From: the human T2T-CHM13v2.0 reference genome, Homo sapiens
Strand: one strand, 5' to 3'
Length of the DNA: 64,000 nucleotides
Assembly (NCBI RefSeq): GCF_009914755.1
Contig: NC_060930.1
Below, one piece after another: positions 1 through 18,864 of the stretch. The notes beneath the pieces were generated by a model. The model made no database searches and had not been told where the DNA came from. It saw only the letters and a list, made by a program, of their open reading frames with translations. The position numbers and the translations under genes were made by a program. How positions within the stretch are numbered: the stretch's first letter is position 1; each line of letters starts with the position of its first letter.

Positions 1-805
<805 letters not shown>

Positions 806-1628
806 CAGCCCTTTGTTACCATTATCAGGAGAGCTTGTCTCCATGGTGCCAAATGTGGCATCGTGAGTTTAGAGTTAAGAGGTGGAGGTACCTGTATATG
901 AAGTTTAAAATAAATCATTAAACCATGAGCCCAAGCCCTAGCTTTGAATAATTAGGGAATGTAGCCTGTAATTCTGAACTGATGGAAGGCAGTGAGATAT
1001 ATAGACACATGCCAATTTGAGGGACTTTTTTAGGCAAATGGAGTATTGAACGCTGGAATCATTAGTTATGTGTTCCCTCCTCAATAGTAGAGGCAGGAGA
1101 AAAAGAATGAGGCACCAGAACTAGATCAGCAGGGCATCAGGAATAGTCGGACTTCTGCACTTTCTTGGACTTGAAGCCACAAGATGCCTTTTGTCTTTAA
1201 AGCAGCTGAGTTTGTCCAGGGTTAGCTGCTTCTAGATTTATGGCCTGGGACCCTGTCTTCCCAGCTACTCCTTCATCCTTGTTTTAATTTATAGACTTAG
1301 TTCAGTTTTGTTATTCTACCTCTTATGATTTAGGTATTTGACCACTAAGTAGTATCAAAGAACTTACAAGCATCATTTTATTATAACTTGTTCATCTTGA
1401 ATGAAGTGATGTTATGGGTAATTGGCTTAATTATTTTAATGTTTTTCTGACTAAGAGAAAAATGAAGTCATCTTTAAGATTGGATTTGTATCCACAGTGT
1501 TGCTTTATAATTCATCCTGAATTTTTATCTGATTAAAATCCCTCCTGGGCTAATTTTTTTTACGTGATTTAGACTGCTGTGGTACCACTGCTAAATGAGG
1601 TAAGCCAATTGTCAGATGTATTTAATAA

Positions 1629-1763
<135 letters not shown>

Positions 1764-2252
1764 TGAAGAAGTGAGATGGGATTGTAACATTTTTTGAGGG
1801 AATAGATTTAAGATAAAAGAAAAACAACTTATTTTCCAATAGGTAGTTAAGTAAGGAAACCCAGGTTCTGATCTTTGCTCTGCCACAAACTAGCTGTGGC
1901 TTTGGAAAGGTCACTTTACTGGCTGAGTCTCCATTTTCTCATCTGTGAAAAGAGATGACTCAAGACCTCAAGAAACGATTTCCTGGTTTCCTTTCAGTGT
2001 TAATATTCTCTGATTCTTGTATCCTAGTTTTGAGGCTTACTTTATTTGAGCCAAAAAACCTTCCCAAACTCCTGTGTTCACAACTTGTCTTTCTAATCAT
2101 CTTGATGATGAATTTAAGCAAGCCACTTTGCCTGACTCCAAATAGGATTACAATCCTGTTTTTGTTTCAGTGTTTCCAGATTTAATTTGAGTCAAATAAA
2201 ACAGTAGAACTCACTAAGCTTTAGAATTGAAGCCAGAAAATTAGTATGTTAG

Positions 2253-3125
<873 letters not shown>

Positions 3126-3387
3126 GAGGCTGCCTTTTTTATATAGATCTTTATCCTTAGTATTACTGTCTTATTTTCTCCTATTACATAATTTAAATCA
3201 CAAATACTACATAAAATCTTAAGAGGTTGCGTTTTGCCATTACCTGATTTTTTTGTTTTTCTTTCCTTAAACTTATTATAATTCCATGTAGCTTCAGTTA
3301 TCGGTTTCTTTTTGATGATTTTTTTCTGTGAATGTATTTAACATTAAGTAAACACAACTTGCATATAATCTGTTTTATCTTTTTTAG

Positions 3388-3528
<141 letters not shown>

Positions 3529-4529
3529 TAAAATAGTTAATTATTCTCATCTATTTCAATCAGAGTAAAATAACCAGATTCTCTAGAGCTTTTAATAACT
3601 GATTTCATTTAGTGTGTCTGTGGCCATTCTTTTGTAAATGGAGATGAATGCTGATAATCCTAAACATAACTTGTATAATTGCGTAAAAGGAGAGTAGTTT
3701 ATTTCAGAGGTGGATTTGGGTTGTGCTGGGCAATTTTTCTTTTCTGATCAATTCTTCTTCTACCAGTAGCATATAGCAGTAGTATGGGGGTAATAGCTTT
3801 GATCTACACAAAACTACGTTGTTTTTGAACGTCTTGGTTTTATTTGCCTGTGCTAATTTAGGAGCTTCTTTCCAATTGTGATCTCCAATTTACTTTCCAA
3901 GCTGTGTTCTCCTTTTTAATTTTTAAAATTCTCCAATTCTCCAATTTACTTTTTTAAATTGCCACAATTTAAAAAAATTTTTTAAAAATTGCCACAATAA
4001 TTATATAAGGTCTATTTAAATAATCATGATATTCCTCTTAGAAGGACAAAGAGCATAATAGTTAGTTTGCAGGTTATGAATTCAAATTTTAGCTCTGACA
4101 TTTAAAGCTGTGTGACTTTGGACAAATCATTCTGTTTCTGCCTCTGTTTTATCATATCTATAATGTAGATAATATTGTTTACTACTTTGTAGGATTATTG
4201 TGAGGATTATGTGAATTAATAATGTAGCATGCTTGTAGGAATACTATTTAGAACCATGATTGGCAATAATAAGTGCTTAATAAATGTTAGTTACATACAC
4301 AGATATCTCAGCAAGTTAAAGACATGTATATTCGTGAATTTTTTTTCTTTTAAGAGACAACTGTTAATTAGGGGAATAGCTCCAAAAGCTACAGGAGTTA
4401 ATCTCTGACTATTTAATATGTTGTTGCTGCTTAAGAGTCATATTGCATGATTATTGTCATCTAAGTGCTGAAGCTTGTTGACCTTAAAAGCATTCTAGCA
4501 CTAGAGAGGAATGCATTGGTGTGGTATGA

Positions 4530-4715
<186 letters not shown>

Positions 4716-4888
4716 TGAATTTTTTCTAGGATCTGTAATATAGAACAGCTTATTCTTATGTAATCTCCTTTTTATCGAATCCTGAGCTTTAGCATTTGAG
4801 TGATATGTTGGCTGAAAAATGAGAACTGAAGAACTCTTTCTCAAAGAGTTTAGATAGATGGTAAATGGACAGTAAAACTAGACAAGTG

Positions 4889-5210
<322 letters not shown>

Positions 5211-5361
5211 GACTAGACAAGTGTTTTCTAGAGCCTTTTGAGAAACACCGATAACGTGTTTAGTTCAGATCTTCGGGCAGACATGAAAAATGAGGTCATG
5301 GTGGAGGTAGAGATCTGGGAGTGGGAGTACTGCACATCTTAACTCTAGAAAGAAAAAGAAC

Positions 5362-6122
5362 TGTAACTGCCCAACAGGTTCATCTTGCACACTTCCTAGA
5401 CAGATTGGGTTTATCAAGACAGGAGAATTGCAATGGAGAAATTGTAATTCATGCAGAGCCAGCTGTGTGGGAGACTGGAGTTTTATTATTACTCAAATCA
5501 GCCTCCCCGAGCATTTTGGGATCCAAGTTTTTAAGGATAATTTGGCAGACAGGAGTTCGGGAAGTGGGGAATGCTGATGCGTTGGATTGGGGATGGAATT
5601 ATAGGGGATCAAGTGAGTTTTTCTTGCTATCTCCTGTTCCTGGGATTGCAAAACTGGTTGAGCCAGATGACCAGGCTGGGTGGTGTCAGCTGATACATGG
5701 ATTGCAGGGCATGGTCTGGTAAATATCTCAAGCGCTCATCTGAGATTTTACACTAGTGATGTTATTCCCAGGAGCAATTTGGGGAGGTTCAGACTCTTAC
5801 AGCTGGAGGCCGCATGGCCCCTAAACTATAATTTCTGATCTTGTAGCTAATTTGTTAGTCCTACAAAGGTAGACCAGTCCTCAGGCAAGAAGTTGTTTTT
5901 TTTTCTGTGTGTGTGTTTTTTTTTTCTGGGCGGTGGGGAAGGGCTATTACCAACTTTGTTTCAGAGTTAAACTATCAACTAAATTCCTTCCCAAGGTTAT
6001 TTCAGCCTATGCTCAGAAATGAACAAGGACAGCTTAAAGGTTAGAAGCAAGATGGAATTGGTTAGGTGTGATCTCTTTCACTGTCATAATTTGCTGTTAC
6101 AATTTTTGCAAAGATGGTTTCA
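5362..6122 (-). mobile_element. Solo LTR8-like (ERV1)
   Basis: Minus strand begins TGAAACCATCTTTGCAAAAATT; TG...CA ends; 4-bp TSD GAAC. Confidence 0.85.
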
Positions 6123-6633
6123 GAACCAAGAGAAGGAAAAGATGAGTGTATTAAAGAGGATACAGATAGGAATGATCTCTGCTATTTAGCATCTATTGCG
6201 TTTGCAAATATTATTAAAAAGAAGATATTAATGGTACCTCTGGATTTCCATTTCTAAATTAGTAAATATGCTTTCTAATGTAAGAAACTAATTAGAATAA
6301 CCTCTCTGTGATATTTGAAATCCATGATGCATTGAGAAAATACAAAAACTTTTTAATGGAAGAACCTCTTTGGCCGATTTGAGCAAGATTACCGAAATAA
6401 TTTTATTTATTTTTAAATTATAAAATTTCGGTCACAAAATCAATACAACAATGCATTTAGAAGGGTGAACAGAAAATATCTTAAATCCCAGACACGAAAT
6501 GCTTAGCAATTTTCCTTGTGATCTTATGCTAGTTAGTGTTCTTTATGGTTCCCAGGAGCACAGTGCAATGCCTCTTCTCCACCTTCTTATTTGCCACTGT
6601 TTTTATTCCATGGACAGTAATTAAGAGTTTATG

Positions 6634-6962
<329 letters not shown>

Positions 6963-7416
6963 TTAATAGTATATGATCTCTTGGCTTTTTAAGATTTAGT
7001 AGAGTATACAACTAATTGTACTTGGGGTGGGGCAAGAACTATGATTAGAGGTGTGTAAACAAAGCCTGTGTCCAGAGGAAGGCATATTCAATTCTGCTCA
7101 GGAAATACTGCGTAGAGAACTGCTGTCTGCTCCTCAGGGGCCTGCTTCACAGCTGTGCTGAGTCATCAGTGAGTGAGTGCTTCATGATGTATGCTTTGCA
7201 AAGTATATTAACATATGAGTTATTCATGTGGTATGCAGTTACTGTTTTCAGGTCCATGAATATTATCCTCAAGTAGAGGATAGCAAGCAAAGTTTTAAAT
7301 CCAATTGCAATTTTTATCTGTGTAAAACCTAACTTTCATTCTTTCATTGGGAAAATAAAGTTTTCAAATAAAACCCTTGATTTCAAACACAATAGATGCG
7401 AAATAGCATTTAGTAG

Positions 7417-7584
<168 letters not shown>

Positions 7585-7860
7585 TAATTTCTATTGTAAA
7601 TACTTCGTTTTGTAGAAATGATATACTATTTTAAAATAGACTACAACAAAACTTTGCTATTTGCTATGATGTTTTATATCGAAATAAATTCTTTAGTAAA
7701 TGATCATACCACATTTTGAAGAATTTCAAAGCTGTAAATTATTTCTCAGTAGAACTGTTACACCAGTGTTATAAAATTTAATCCCTATCAATTGATGAAT
7801 TATTTTTTCCATTCTGTTTTTCAATGTGTTCGTAAAATATTACATTTTGATACTGTTTGA

Positions 7861-8091
<231 letters not shown>

Positions 8092-8692
8092 TAAACAAAA
8101 TAAGAGTTGGGAGAATTGTTTAGCCTGTGTTTTCCACAGTGCTAAATTAAACTGATGATGAATTAGCTTCTATATTTTCAATTTGAAAGCCTTTATCCAC
8201 TCCATCGCCCCTTACCTTGGCCTAAATACTAAGTGCTTTTTGAGAATGTTATAAACAGCTAAACCTCCAGTGTGAAAATACAGGGTAATAAGTCAAATAG
8301 CAGAGGAAGCCTCCTATGAACTCTCTTCCTTAGGAGATAGGTCTTTGGCCACCTGAGACCATGCTTACAACAGAGGTCCCATAGAAGGATGGGAGATTTT
8401 ATCAAAAGTGTAGCGATATTTGAATACGTGATTTTGTTGAATATTTCCTAGGAAACTAGAGGTACGAAACAGCTCATGGACTAACACTTTCAGTGTAACA
8501 TCTCGTTTGACCTGACACCCTTTCAGGAACTTAGCCAGCGCCTAGCTATGTTTTTAATCTGTGTAGCACTTTAAAACAGCAAACACTGCTTTCAGTTTTC
8601 ACGTGGCCATATCATTTTTGTTACCATTTTAATGGCAAAAAAACACAATTACTTTTGCACCAACCTAGTATTTTGGAACACAGGAAGCATTA

Positions 8693-9005
<313 letters not shown>

Positions 9006-11019
9006 AGAGAGAGAAAAAGAAAATGATTTGAGCATATTTCCTTGTACCTCTAAGTTGACTTTCCTTCTGATATATATTTTGTTGGTGACCTAAGATATGA
9101 AAGGAAGTAAAAAGTAAGGATCTTGACTATTTTGGGTCATGATAAAAGTGAAAAGAGGTATTGCCAGGATCCCTCCTGTCAGAATCCTTGTGTAGTGATC
9201 TTGTGCCCCCTGTGATTCCAAGGGGTCATAGACTATTAAAAAAAACACTCTTTCTTAATTTTCTAGGGCTTCACTCCCAAATTCCTATCAGTTCTCCCGC
9301 CCAGGTAGCCCAGGTTGGATAGTCGGTGAGCCTTAAGGACTCTTCAGCACAGCGTTCAGACTGAAGCCTGGCCTGACATGTCTGTCATGGTCCCTGTTTT
9401 TGAGGGTGCTGCTTGCCTAATTCAGCAACAGCAGAGGAAGGAAGGGAGGCAAAAAAGCATCCTTATTTTTCTCACTTGAATTTACAACAGCTGCCTAAAC
9501 CATCTTCCCTTCATTTCCCTTTCCCTGGGTCTGCGCTAGATTTGCCCCTCTTAAAAAGTAGGTACTGCTTGGATCACTATCACCTTGGATAAAAGAGAGT
9601 GAAGAGAGAAGGAAGTTGACCCTCACCTAGGTCTGTTTTTACCCTTTGTATTCTTTCCATCAAAATCCATCTCCAGCAGCTCCACTGTAGTTAGTAACTC
9701 CATTGTGCCTTCCTTTCATTCTGTCCTTCAACTTGGCAGAAATACTCCTGCTTAGAGGGAGGATAAGGAAGATGCATGCCAGCAATGTGGACGTGTCATA
9801 ATTGGTCAAAGGGAAAAGTTTCTTGTAGCTGTTGTCTTGATTTGAACAATTGGCTACATGCTAGTGTGATTTTTACTCTTTCACTAAAGTCACTGATACC
9901 CAAGACTTGTGTCTGGGTCAATTTGGCTACAGAAAAATCCCAGGATCATTTTATACTTGTTTATAAGGTTACATACATTTGAAAATCATTGCTGCCTTTT
10001 CTAATTCACTAACAGTGTGCCAAAGCACCTGCTTTTCTGAGTCATCTTCATTTAAGGTTGAGCCCATTACTTTTCAAATCATATCCATCAATTTGCAAAC
10101 TCTGTGAACTCCAACATTACTGGCACACCAAAACCCACTTTATCTTAATACTTAAAAATTCCAGTTCATGTTGCTTGGATAACTTTGAATGAAAGACGTT
10201 GTCTTGTTTCATGTTACAGTGAAAGAGCTTATCTCATATTATAGTGAAATAATACTGACAATGAATGAAGATTAAGCTGATTCCACACATTACAGAAAAT
10301 ACACAAAACTGCACAAAAATTTTTCTCAAATGGTTTTGCAAGGAGAGAGGATAAAATAAGTGCCAGAAAGCAGTTTGCCAATATCATTTGTCATTCTGTG
10401 TTCTTGTGATATTCATATGTAAAATACATGCAGTTTGTAAGGAAATAATGGGTTATATTCCTATGAGTTCTAATTTAGAAAATTAAATACATTGAATTAT
10501 AAGAAGCATTTCATGAATAATTTGAACATTTTTGAAAATTAGGAAACATATTTATACAGTGACCATTTGAATGATCAGAAAGTATAAGAAGAAATGAATT
10601 GTGGAAAATGAAGTGGTAATTAAGAACATATTGGTTTCTGGCCAAACACTGTAGATTTGAGCTATTATTATTTTGGCTTAAGTTGGGTCTAATCTAAGTA
10701 GTAGCATTCTGACCTCAGGAATAGATCAGCTAATCTCATTCCCAAAACTTAAAATTGAACGTGTATAGAATTAGGACTCTTGCATTGTTAATGATCTGCA
10801 GTTATTTACTGTTCTTTGTATCTCTGACCCTGACCTGTCTTAGTCTAATGTGAATCAGCTCATTGTAGTTGCATCCACTGGCCCTTATCTATCTATCTGT
10901 CTGTCTTTCTTTCTTTCTTTGTTTCTTTCTTTTTTTTTTTTTTTAACAGAGATAGCTTTATGTATAAATAGCCATTAGTGTGGAAGGTATCACATGAGGT
11001 TGTTGCTTCCCATTCTTAG

Positions 11020-11169
<150 letters not shown>

Positions 11170-11442
11170 TGAAGAAAGTTTACTTGATGGTTTCCCAATT
11201 TTTTCTGAATGTTGTAGTTAATTCTTTTTTAAAAATGTAGTTTCTTATGGACAGTCTTTAGGAAAAAAATACATTAAATATAAAATATAAGTGAAACACA
11301 GAATTCACAGAAACCTAAGTGCCTATCAAGCACAATACACCAAGAATTTGAATAGCTAAAAAATATATATTTTCAACATTAAATTTGTGTAACTCTACAA
11401 TTTTAGATTTAGTTGGAACTGATTATTATAGCTTCAATTTCC

Positions 11443-11741
11443 TTTTTTTGTTGTTGTTTTTGAGACAGTCTCATTCTGTTAGCCAGGCTGGAGTGCAGTA
11501 GCATGATCACAGCTCACTGCAGCCTCAACTTCCTGGGCTCAAGTGATTCTCCTACCTCAGCCTCCTGAGTAGCTGGAACTACTGGCATGTGCCACCACAC
11601 CTGGCTAATTAAAAAAAATTTTTTTTGGTAGACATGGGATCTTGCTATGTTGAGCAGGCTGGTCTCAAACTCTTGCTCTCAAGCTCCCACTGCTGCCTTC
11701 CAAAGTAGTGGGATTACAGGCATTAGCCATCGTGCCCAGCC
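11443..11741 (-). mobile_element. AluJ-like
   Basis: Antisense dimer, TSD cttcaattt. Confidence 0.9.
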
Positions 11742-12322
11742 TTCAATTTTCTTTAGCTTGATAAATCTGACTTTAGAAGCATGATATATTAATTTTGATA
11801 ATATTTTCACTTTTACTTACTGTGATCTTTGTAACACGCTTGTGTACAGTTTGGGGACTATAGGAGCAGCGTGCCTATGGAAAATAGAAAATAGGTTCTT
11901 TTTGTTTTTGTTCTTGTTTTTTGCTTCAGAAATAATTATAGAAATCTGTGTTTAGAAGCAGTCCTAAGAAGTTACATGCAAAGAAGTACCAGTCTTGGAA
12001 TGAGAGTGAATCATACACATACACTCCCAGTTAATATCCTAGGTGGTTTGGGGCAAATAACTGGGCTTTCACATTCGGTCTAAAAATGTGATAAGACATT
12101 CTTCTTTGCTCACATAATGATATTGTAATATATAAATAAGAAGAAACATTAACCAAAATTTGGGTGACGGAAAAGATTTTGAAAAAAGTGAAGTGATAGG
12201 TACAGCTGAAATTCTGTCTTACCTATCAGATCTTCAACTAATATGAGTGCTACACCCATGTTTAACGAATTTAACCTTGGAAGTGAAAGAAGTTCTGCTC
12301 TGCATATTAAATTTTTTGTTAA

Positions 12323-12879
<557 letters not shown>

Positions 12880-13795
12880 GAATACCTTCCTTTAAATCAT
12901 TATATCGCTAAACTAAAGGGAATCACAGTTAATTTTTTTATGATTAAATCTCCAATGCAGAGCTTTTGTACACAAATGGATTTTATGGGACTGGATGCGA
13001 GAACACAACTTACCTATTGGTTATTCATGGACTAAGCATAATATTTGATGAGCTTAGTGCAATTTTATGTTGAAGTGTGTGTTTTACTTGTGTGTCAGGA
13101 TAAAGATTATACTAGAAAAAATGTTTAAGAGAGAAATCCAACTACATTTATTCAAGTTTAATTAATTAATGACACTCCATTAAAATTACTTAGTTTGGGA
13201 TTAATATTCTGTTGTGAGGAGGAGTGCTGGCAGAAATGATTAATTCTGTAGGCAATTGATTCCTGTCCTCCCTTAAACCATTTCAGAAACAATAAAGAAT
13301 GTATCTTTTACATAGGGAAGAATGAATTTCACATCTCTTGACCACATGTGGAACACAAACTGCCAAAAGATGTTTTAAAATATTTATTCTTTTGCCAGTC
13401 AAGTGTATTTCATAACTGTTTCCACCTCTGTTACCTCCCTCTCTTTTTGATTACCATCCATGATAACTTTCAGATGTGTAGAGCAAATTTTGTTTGTCTT
13501 TTTGATATGATATAGTTAGTTAACTTTGAAACAGAAAGAGAATAAGCTTTTCTGACAATTACCGGAATTGGGTTAGGTTGGTCTATTTGGTAAGATACGT
13601 TTCAATAGATAGATACTATTGACTATTAATGAAGAAAATAGATTTCACTGCAGGAAAATGGTTATGCAGATAGATTTACACAGTGTCACAAAGCACAGGC
13701 TGCATATGCCTAATACCAAGTTTTAATTCGTATTTTTTTAATTTAGAAAAGTAGTACATGACTGCTATAAAACCTGTTATAAAAACTATACAGAT

Positions 13796-14087
<292 letters not shown>

Positions 14088-14693
14088 GCTCTACAGGCAA
14101 TAGCAGTCTCCAGAGATGTTTGGGATGGGATAGCTAAGCTGTACCATACCCTTATCTTAGGCCCTCAAGTTTCCCAAATTAAAGCAAAAACTATATATGT
14201 ATGTCACTTTACATAAATATATAAAATATATGTATATAAAATGTATACTCTTATCTGATAATTTTCTCAAATTTATGTAATGTTTGGCTAAAATAAAATC
14301 TAGGAAGCTAGACAGTTATTGATTTGTAGTAGAAAGTACCCTATGTAAATCCATGGGCATACTATGCAAATGCAGTTTTTAAACTAGTCTACTTGCCTTC
14401 TCTTTGAAGTTTCCTCATACCCCTCTTATTTGAAAATTCTAGAACTATCATTGAATATTGAAGTATACAAAGTAAAAAGAAACAGCTTCCCACCTGAAGT
14501 CCTCCTACTTGACAACTCATTTCCCCTCTCTAGAAACAACCGTTGTTAAGCTTGGATTATGTCTTCCTGGATAATTGAGATATTTGAATAATTATTTTTG
14601 TTGTTGAGTATTTCCTAGGGAACAAGATGTACAAAACAGCCTTACAAAACACATACAGTTTTTATTTTTACCCAGTGAAACCATACCAGATCT

Positions 14694-14830
14694 AGATGGA
14701 TAGATATTTTGAGGGATGGATGGATGATGGATATTGGTTACTAACTGGATGGAAAGATGGTTGGACAGGTGGATGGATAGTTAGGTGGATGAATGGATAT
14801 GTGGGTTAAGAGATGGATGGATAGGTAGAT
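14694..14830. repeat. Degenerate (TGGA)n
   Basis: Repeated gatg/tgga units. Confidence 0.8.
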
Positions 14831-15071
14831 GTTCTGTAACTTGTCTTTCCCTTTAACAATATGACACTATATCATGGGTGTCATTACAGGGTGATCCCTA
14901 AAGGTCTGTCTAATTCCTTTCAGTGGCTACAATGTAATGACTTAAATGAACTCTTTAAAACCTGCCTTGGTATTTAAATGCAGAGTTTGGATCTGACATT
15001 CTATATTTTTGTATTATGTTTTAATTATAGTATACAATCAACTATTAATTCTTATGTTTGTTCCCCTCCAG

Positions 15072-15103
15072 TTAACTATGAAGGCATTGCCCGAAATCTT
15101 TCT
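15072..15103 (+). CDS. ENPP1: ENPP1 exon 14 (32 bp)
   Basis: cag| ... |gtgagt; FNYEGIARNLS; phases fit exons 13 and 15. Confidence 0.96.
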
Positions 15104-15846
15104 GTGAGTATCTTTATTTTCCATTATCTAGTTATTTTTACTTTTGTATAATATATATTGAGAGAAAAGTTTCAGCATCTATTATTGGGATTGAAGGATT
15201 AGAATATTTTAGTAATCTGGGCCAACATGGAAATGCTGTGTAGTTTAAAGATCTTTAAGGTCGTATCCCAATAATCCAGGTTTGAAAAATTTTTAAGAAT
15301 TTGTCTATTGGCATTATAAAATTTATATGAGAAGAAGAAATAATTTTAAAACTATTTACAAGAAATAATTTTTAAAGTAGAAGGAAAAACCCTGTAGCTG
15401 TACCACCATAAACACCATTAGCGTTATGATATATTTCCTTCCAGTCTTTTTTTATGCCTTAAAAAATTAAGTTTCTGTACTAGTGCTGAGTTATCTATAC
15501 TACATTTTATACTCATACATTTTAAGTCTGCAAGAAAACTCTTACAATTGCACTTACAAGGATGTTTGAAAATAGAACCATTAGTGGTAACTTGAATATA
15601 ATCTAGTGACACTGAGTTCTGGGGCTTTTATGCAGTAATAATTATGATTTCCTCTAAATATTTCAAGTAGTTTGGAAGATTTACCTTGTACATTATATAA
15701 GTGGTTTATTTAGCTGTTTTTTCATCTGACTTATTGGGCCAGCTGATGAAATGTTTGTGAAAAAAAATTTCATATGAAGTTAGAAAGCAATTTCAAGAAA
15801 AGTTGACACTTTTTATAGATATTAGGGAAATATCTTTCCCTAATAA

Positions 15847-16053
<207 letters not shown>

Positions 16054-16178
16054 TAAGTTCTGACAGTCTCCCAGGTAAACTTAGTCTGATCGGTTAGTGA
16101 TTCAGGGTAACCATTGGGCCCTTTCTAACAATATTGTTATGTGAAAACTGTATAAGTATGATTCTCTTCACTCTAACC

Positions 16179-16402
16179 CAGGATTTCTAATGTCGGCCTA
16201 TGGATGTTTGAGTTAGATAATTCTTTGTTGTGGAGAGCTGTCCTGCACATTGTGGGATATTTGACAAGGATCCTTTACTTCTCCCCAGTAGATGAAAGTA
16301 GCACTTCTTCTGTAATGTGACAACCAAAAATGTCCGTCAGCGTTGCCAAAAGTCCCATGGGGAGGAAGGATCACCCAGACCATCCTTGGCTAAGAACCAT
16401 TG
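16179..16402 (-). mobile_element. MER20 (hAT-Charlie MITE)
   Basis: CAG...TG ends and internal ataattctttgttgtgg...ctgtcctgcacattgt...caaccaaaaatgtc match MER20 as remembered. Confidence 0.8.
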
Positions 16403-17250
16403 TTCTGGCTTTTCATATACATATTGATTACTTCTTACAATCTACATTTGTTACTGCTTGCCATTGCATGTCTCCTGCACATTACAGTATGTCTAATTGT
16501 GCCTCCAAAGCCTAGCCAACAGTTGGTAAAAGCACTTTATAATAATGAGTAACTATCTTCATTATACACAGTTGTTTTTTCATTCTTCTTATACTAATCC
16601 ATCAATAAACTTTAGTTTATTGGTGTGTTTGGCAAATTATTTGGATGGTTAATAGTGTTAATATCTCACAACTTGTTCATTAACTGTTTTGGTGGTTGCC
16701 AAGAAGCTAGTCATGATACATACCCCTGTCAAGCAAAACCTAAGCAGTGAACCAAAATTCAGTAAACAGAATTATACTGTCTCCACTCTTATTGGAGAGC
16801 TGGGCTTTTAGTTTTCAAAAAATATATATATATATGAAAGGAGAAATGGTCCTATCTTCATGAGAGAACTAATATTTAGTAAATATCTAAACACCATGTT
16901 GCAAGCATTTCTTTAGGCTATATCATTGAATTTTTACAAATAACCGACATGAGAAATTGAAATCAAAGAAGACAGTTAAATCTATCTAAACTCACAAGTA
17001 GTTAATCACACAGCCAATGTTCAAAACCACTTCTGTCTTGATGCTAGTGGTTTTTCTTCTGTCTACTATATTGCTTATAGTTAATTTGTCCATGAAATAA
17101 AAGATAGAGGTGACTTCTTAATGCTTTTCAAAGCCAGGTGGTTTTATTTACCGTTGTGTTGGTTTAACAAAATAGTTACATACTTTTTAATCAATGAAAA
17201 TAATGTTATGATTATCAATTATGTTTTATGAAAGGACTTTACATTTTTAA

Positions 17251-17433
<183 letters not shown>

Positions 17434-17515
17434 TGAATGAGAATTAATGGAACATACTTTCATAAAGCTATTTTTCTTTGAACATTAAAGAATTTTGTTA
17501 AAGTTTTATATTCAT

Positions 17516-18226
17516 TGGCTATTACTAAAAAGTCAAAAAACAACAGATGTAGTAAGGATGTGGAGAAAAGGGAACACTTATACACTGTCAAAGGGAATGT
17601 AAATTAGTACAACCTCTATGGATCACTGTATAGAGATTTCTCAAAGAAATAAAAATGAAACTACCCCTAATCTAGCAATCCCACTACTGGGTATCTACCC
17701 AAAGGAAAAAAAATAATCAGTTTATCAAAGACACCTGCACTCGTATGTTTATCGCAGCACTATTCACAGAAGTAGTCATGGAATCAACCTAAATATTTAT
17801 AAATGGATGATTGGATTAAAAATGTGTGAGATATATATATATATACACACACACACACATACCATGAAATACTACTCAGCCATAAAAAGGAATGAAATCA
17901 TGTCCTTTGCAGCAACATGGATGGAATTGGGGGCCATTATCCTTAGTGAAATAACTCAAACAAAAAGCTAAAAATCACATGTTCACTTGTAAGTGGTAGC
18001 TAAACAGTAGGCAAACACGGACATACAGAGTGGAATAATAAACATTGGAGACTCCCCAAAGGTGGGAGGGCAGGAGGAGTGTGAGGAATGAAATACCACT
18101 TATTGGGTACAATGTACACTATTCTGGTGATGGGTAACACTAAAAGCTCAGACTTCACCACTGTGCAATATATCCATGTAACATAACTGTACTCATACCC
18201 CTAAATTCATAAAGTTAAAAAATTAA
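17516..18226 (+). mobile_element. 5'-truncated L1 (L1MA/PB-age)
   Basis: ORF2 3' end and 3'UTR; 17-bp TSD taaa(g/a)ttttatattcat at 17499 and 18227. Confidence 0.88.
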
Positions 18227-18776
18227 TAAAATTTTATATTCATGTTTCATAAACATATGACATATCTCCTATTATATTTCTAATAATTATTTTTCAAATT
18301 TTTGTGCTCTGTTGAGAATATTGCTTTACAGTTGAAGAAAACCAGTGCTATAATAGATAAGAAAGTATCAGACTTATGTTCTGAGAAGGATAATATCTTA
18401 CATTTACCCAGCACTTTAACATTTTCAAAATAAACTTACAATAATTATTTAATTTGATCCCTGCATCACTGTGTAAGGTGGGCAGGATGAGGTTTATATT
18501 GCATGTCATAGATGAAAAAAAAATGTTATCATTCATTCTGTTCTGATTGTCAAACCAAGAATTGTAGTAAAACTAAGAGACCTATCCTAGATGTCCTTAG
18601 ATTATGTGTGTGATAGGGTTAAAACTATATTTCCCACAAAGTCCACTGAGCGTGGTAGTTTTCCTCTTATCTTATCATAACCAGTTTGTATATGTACAAT
18701 GTGGATAACAGAATTTTTGGGACCAACTTGTAGACAGCTGAAATGCACTGATAAACTTCCTTTTCTGGCCATCTAG

Positions 18777-18864
18777 GCCCTCTTTGTTGGCTATGGACCT
18801 GGATTCAAGCATGGCATTGAGGCTGACACCTTTGAAAACATTGAAGTCTATAACTTAATGTGTG
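18777..18864 (+). CDS. ENPP1: ENPP1 exon 17
   Basis: tag| ... |gtaagt; [29 protein letters not shown]. Confidence 0.98.
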
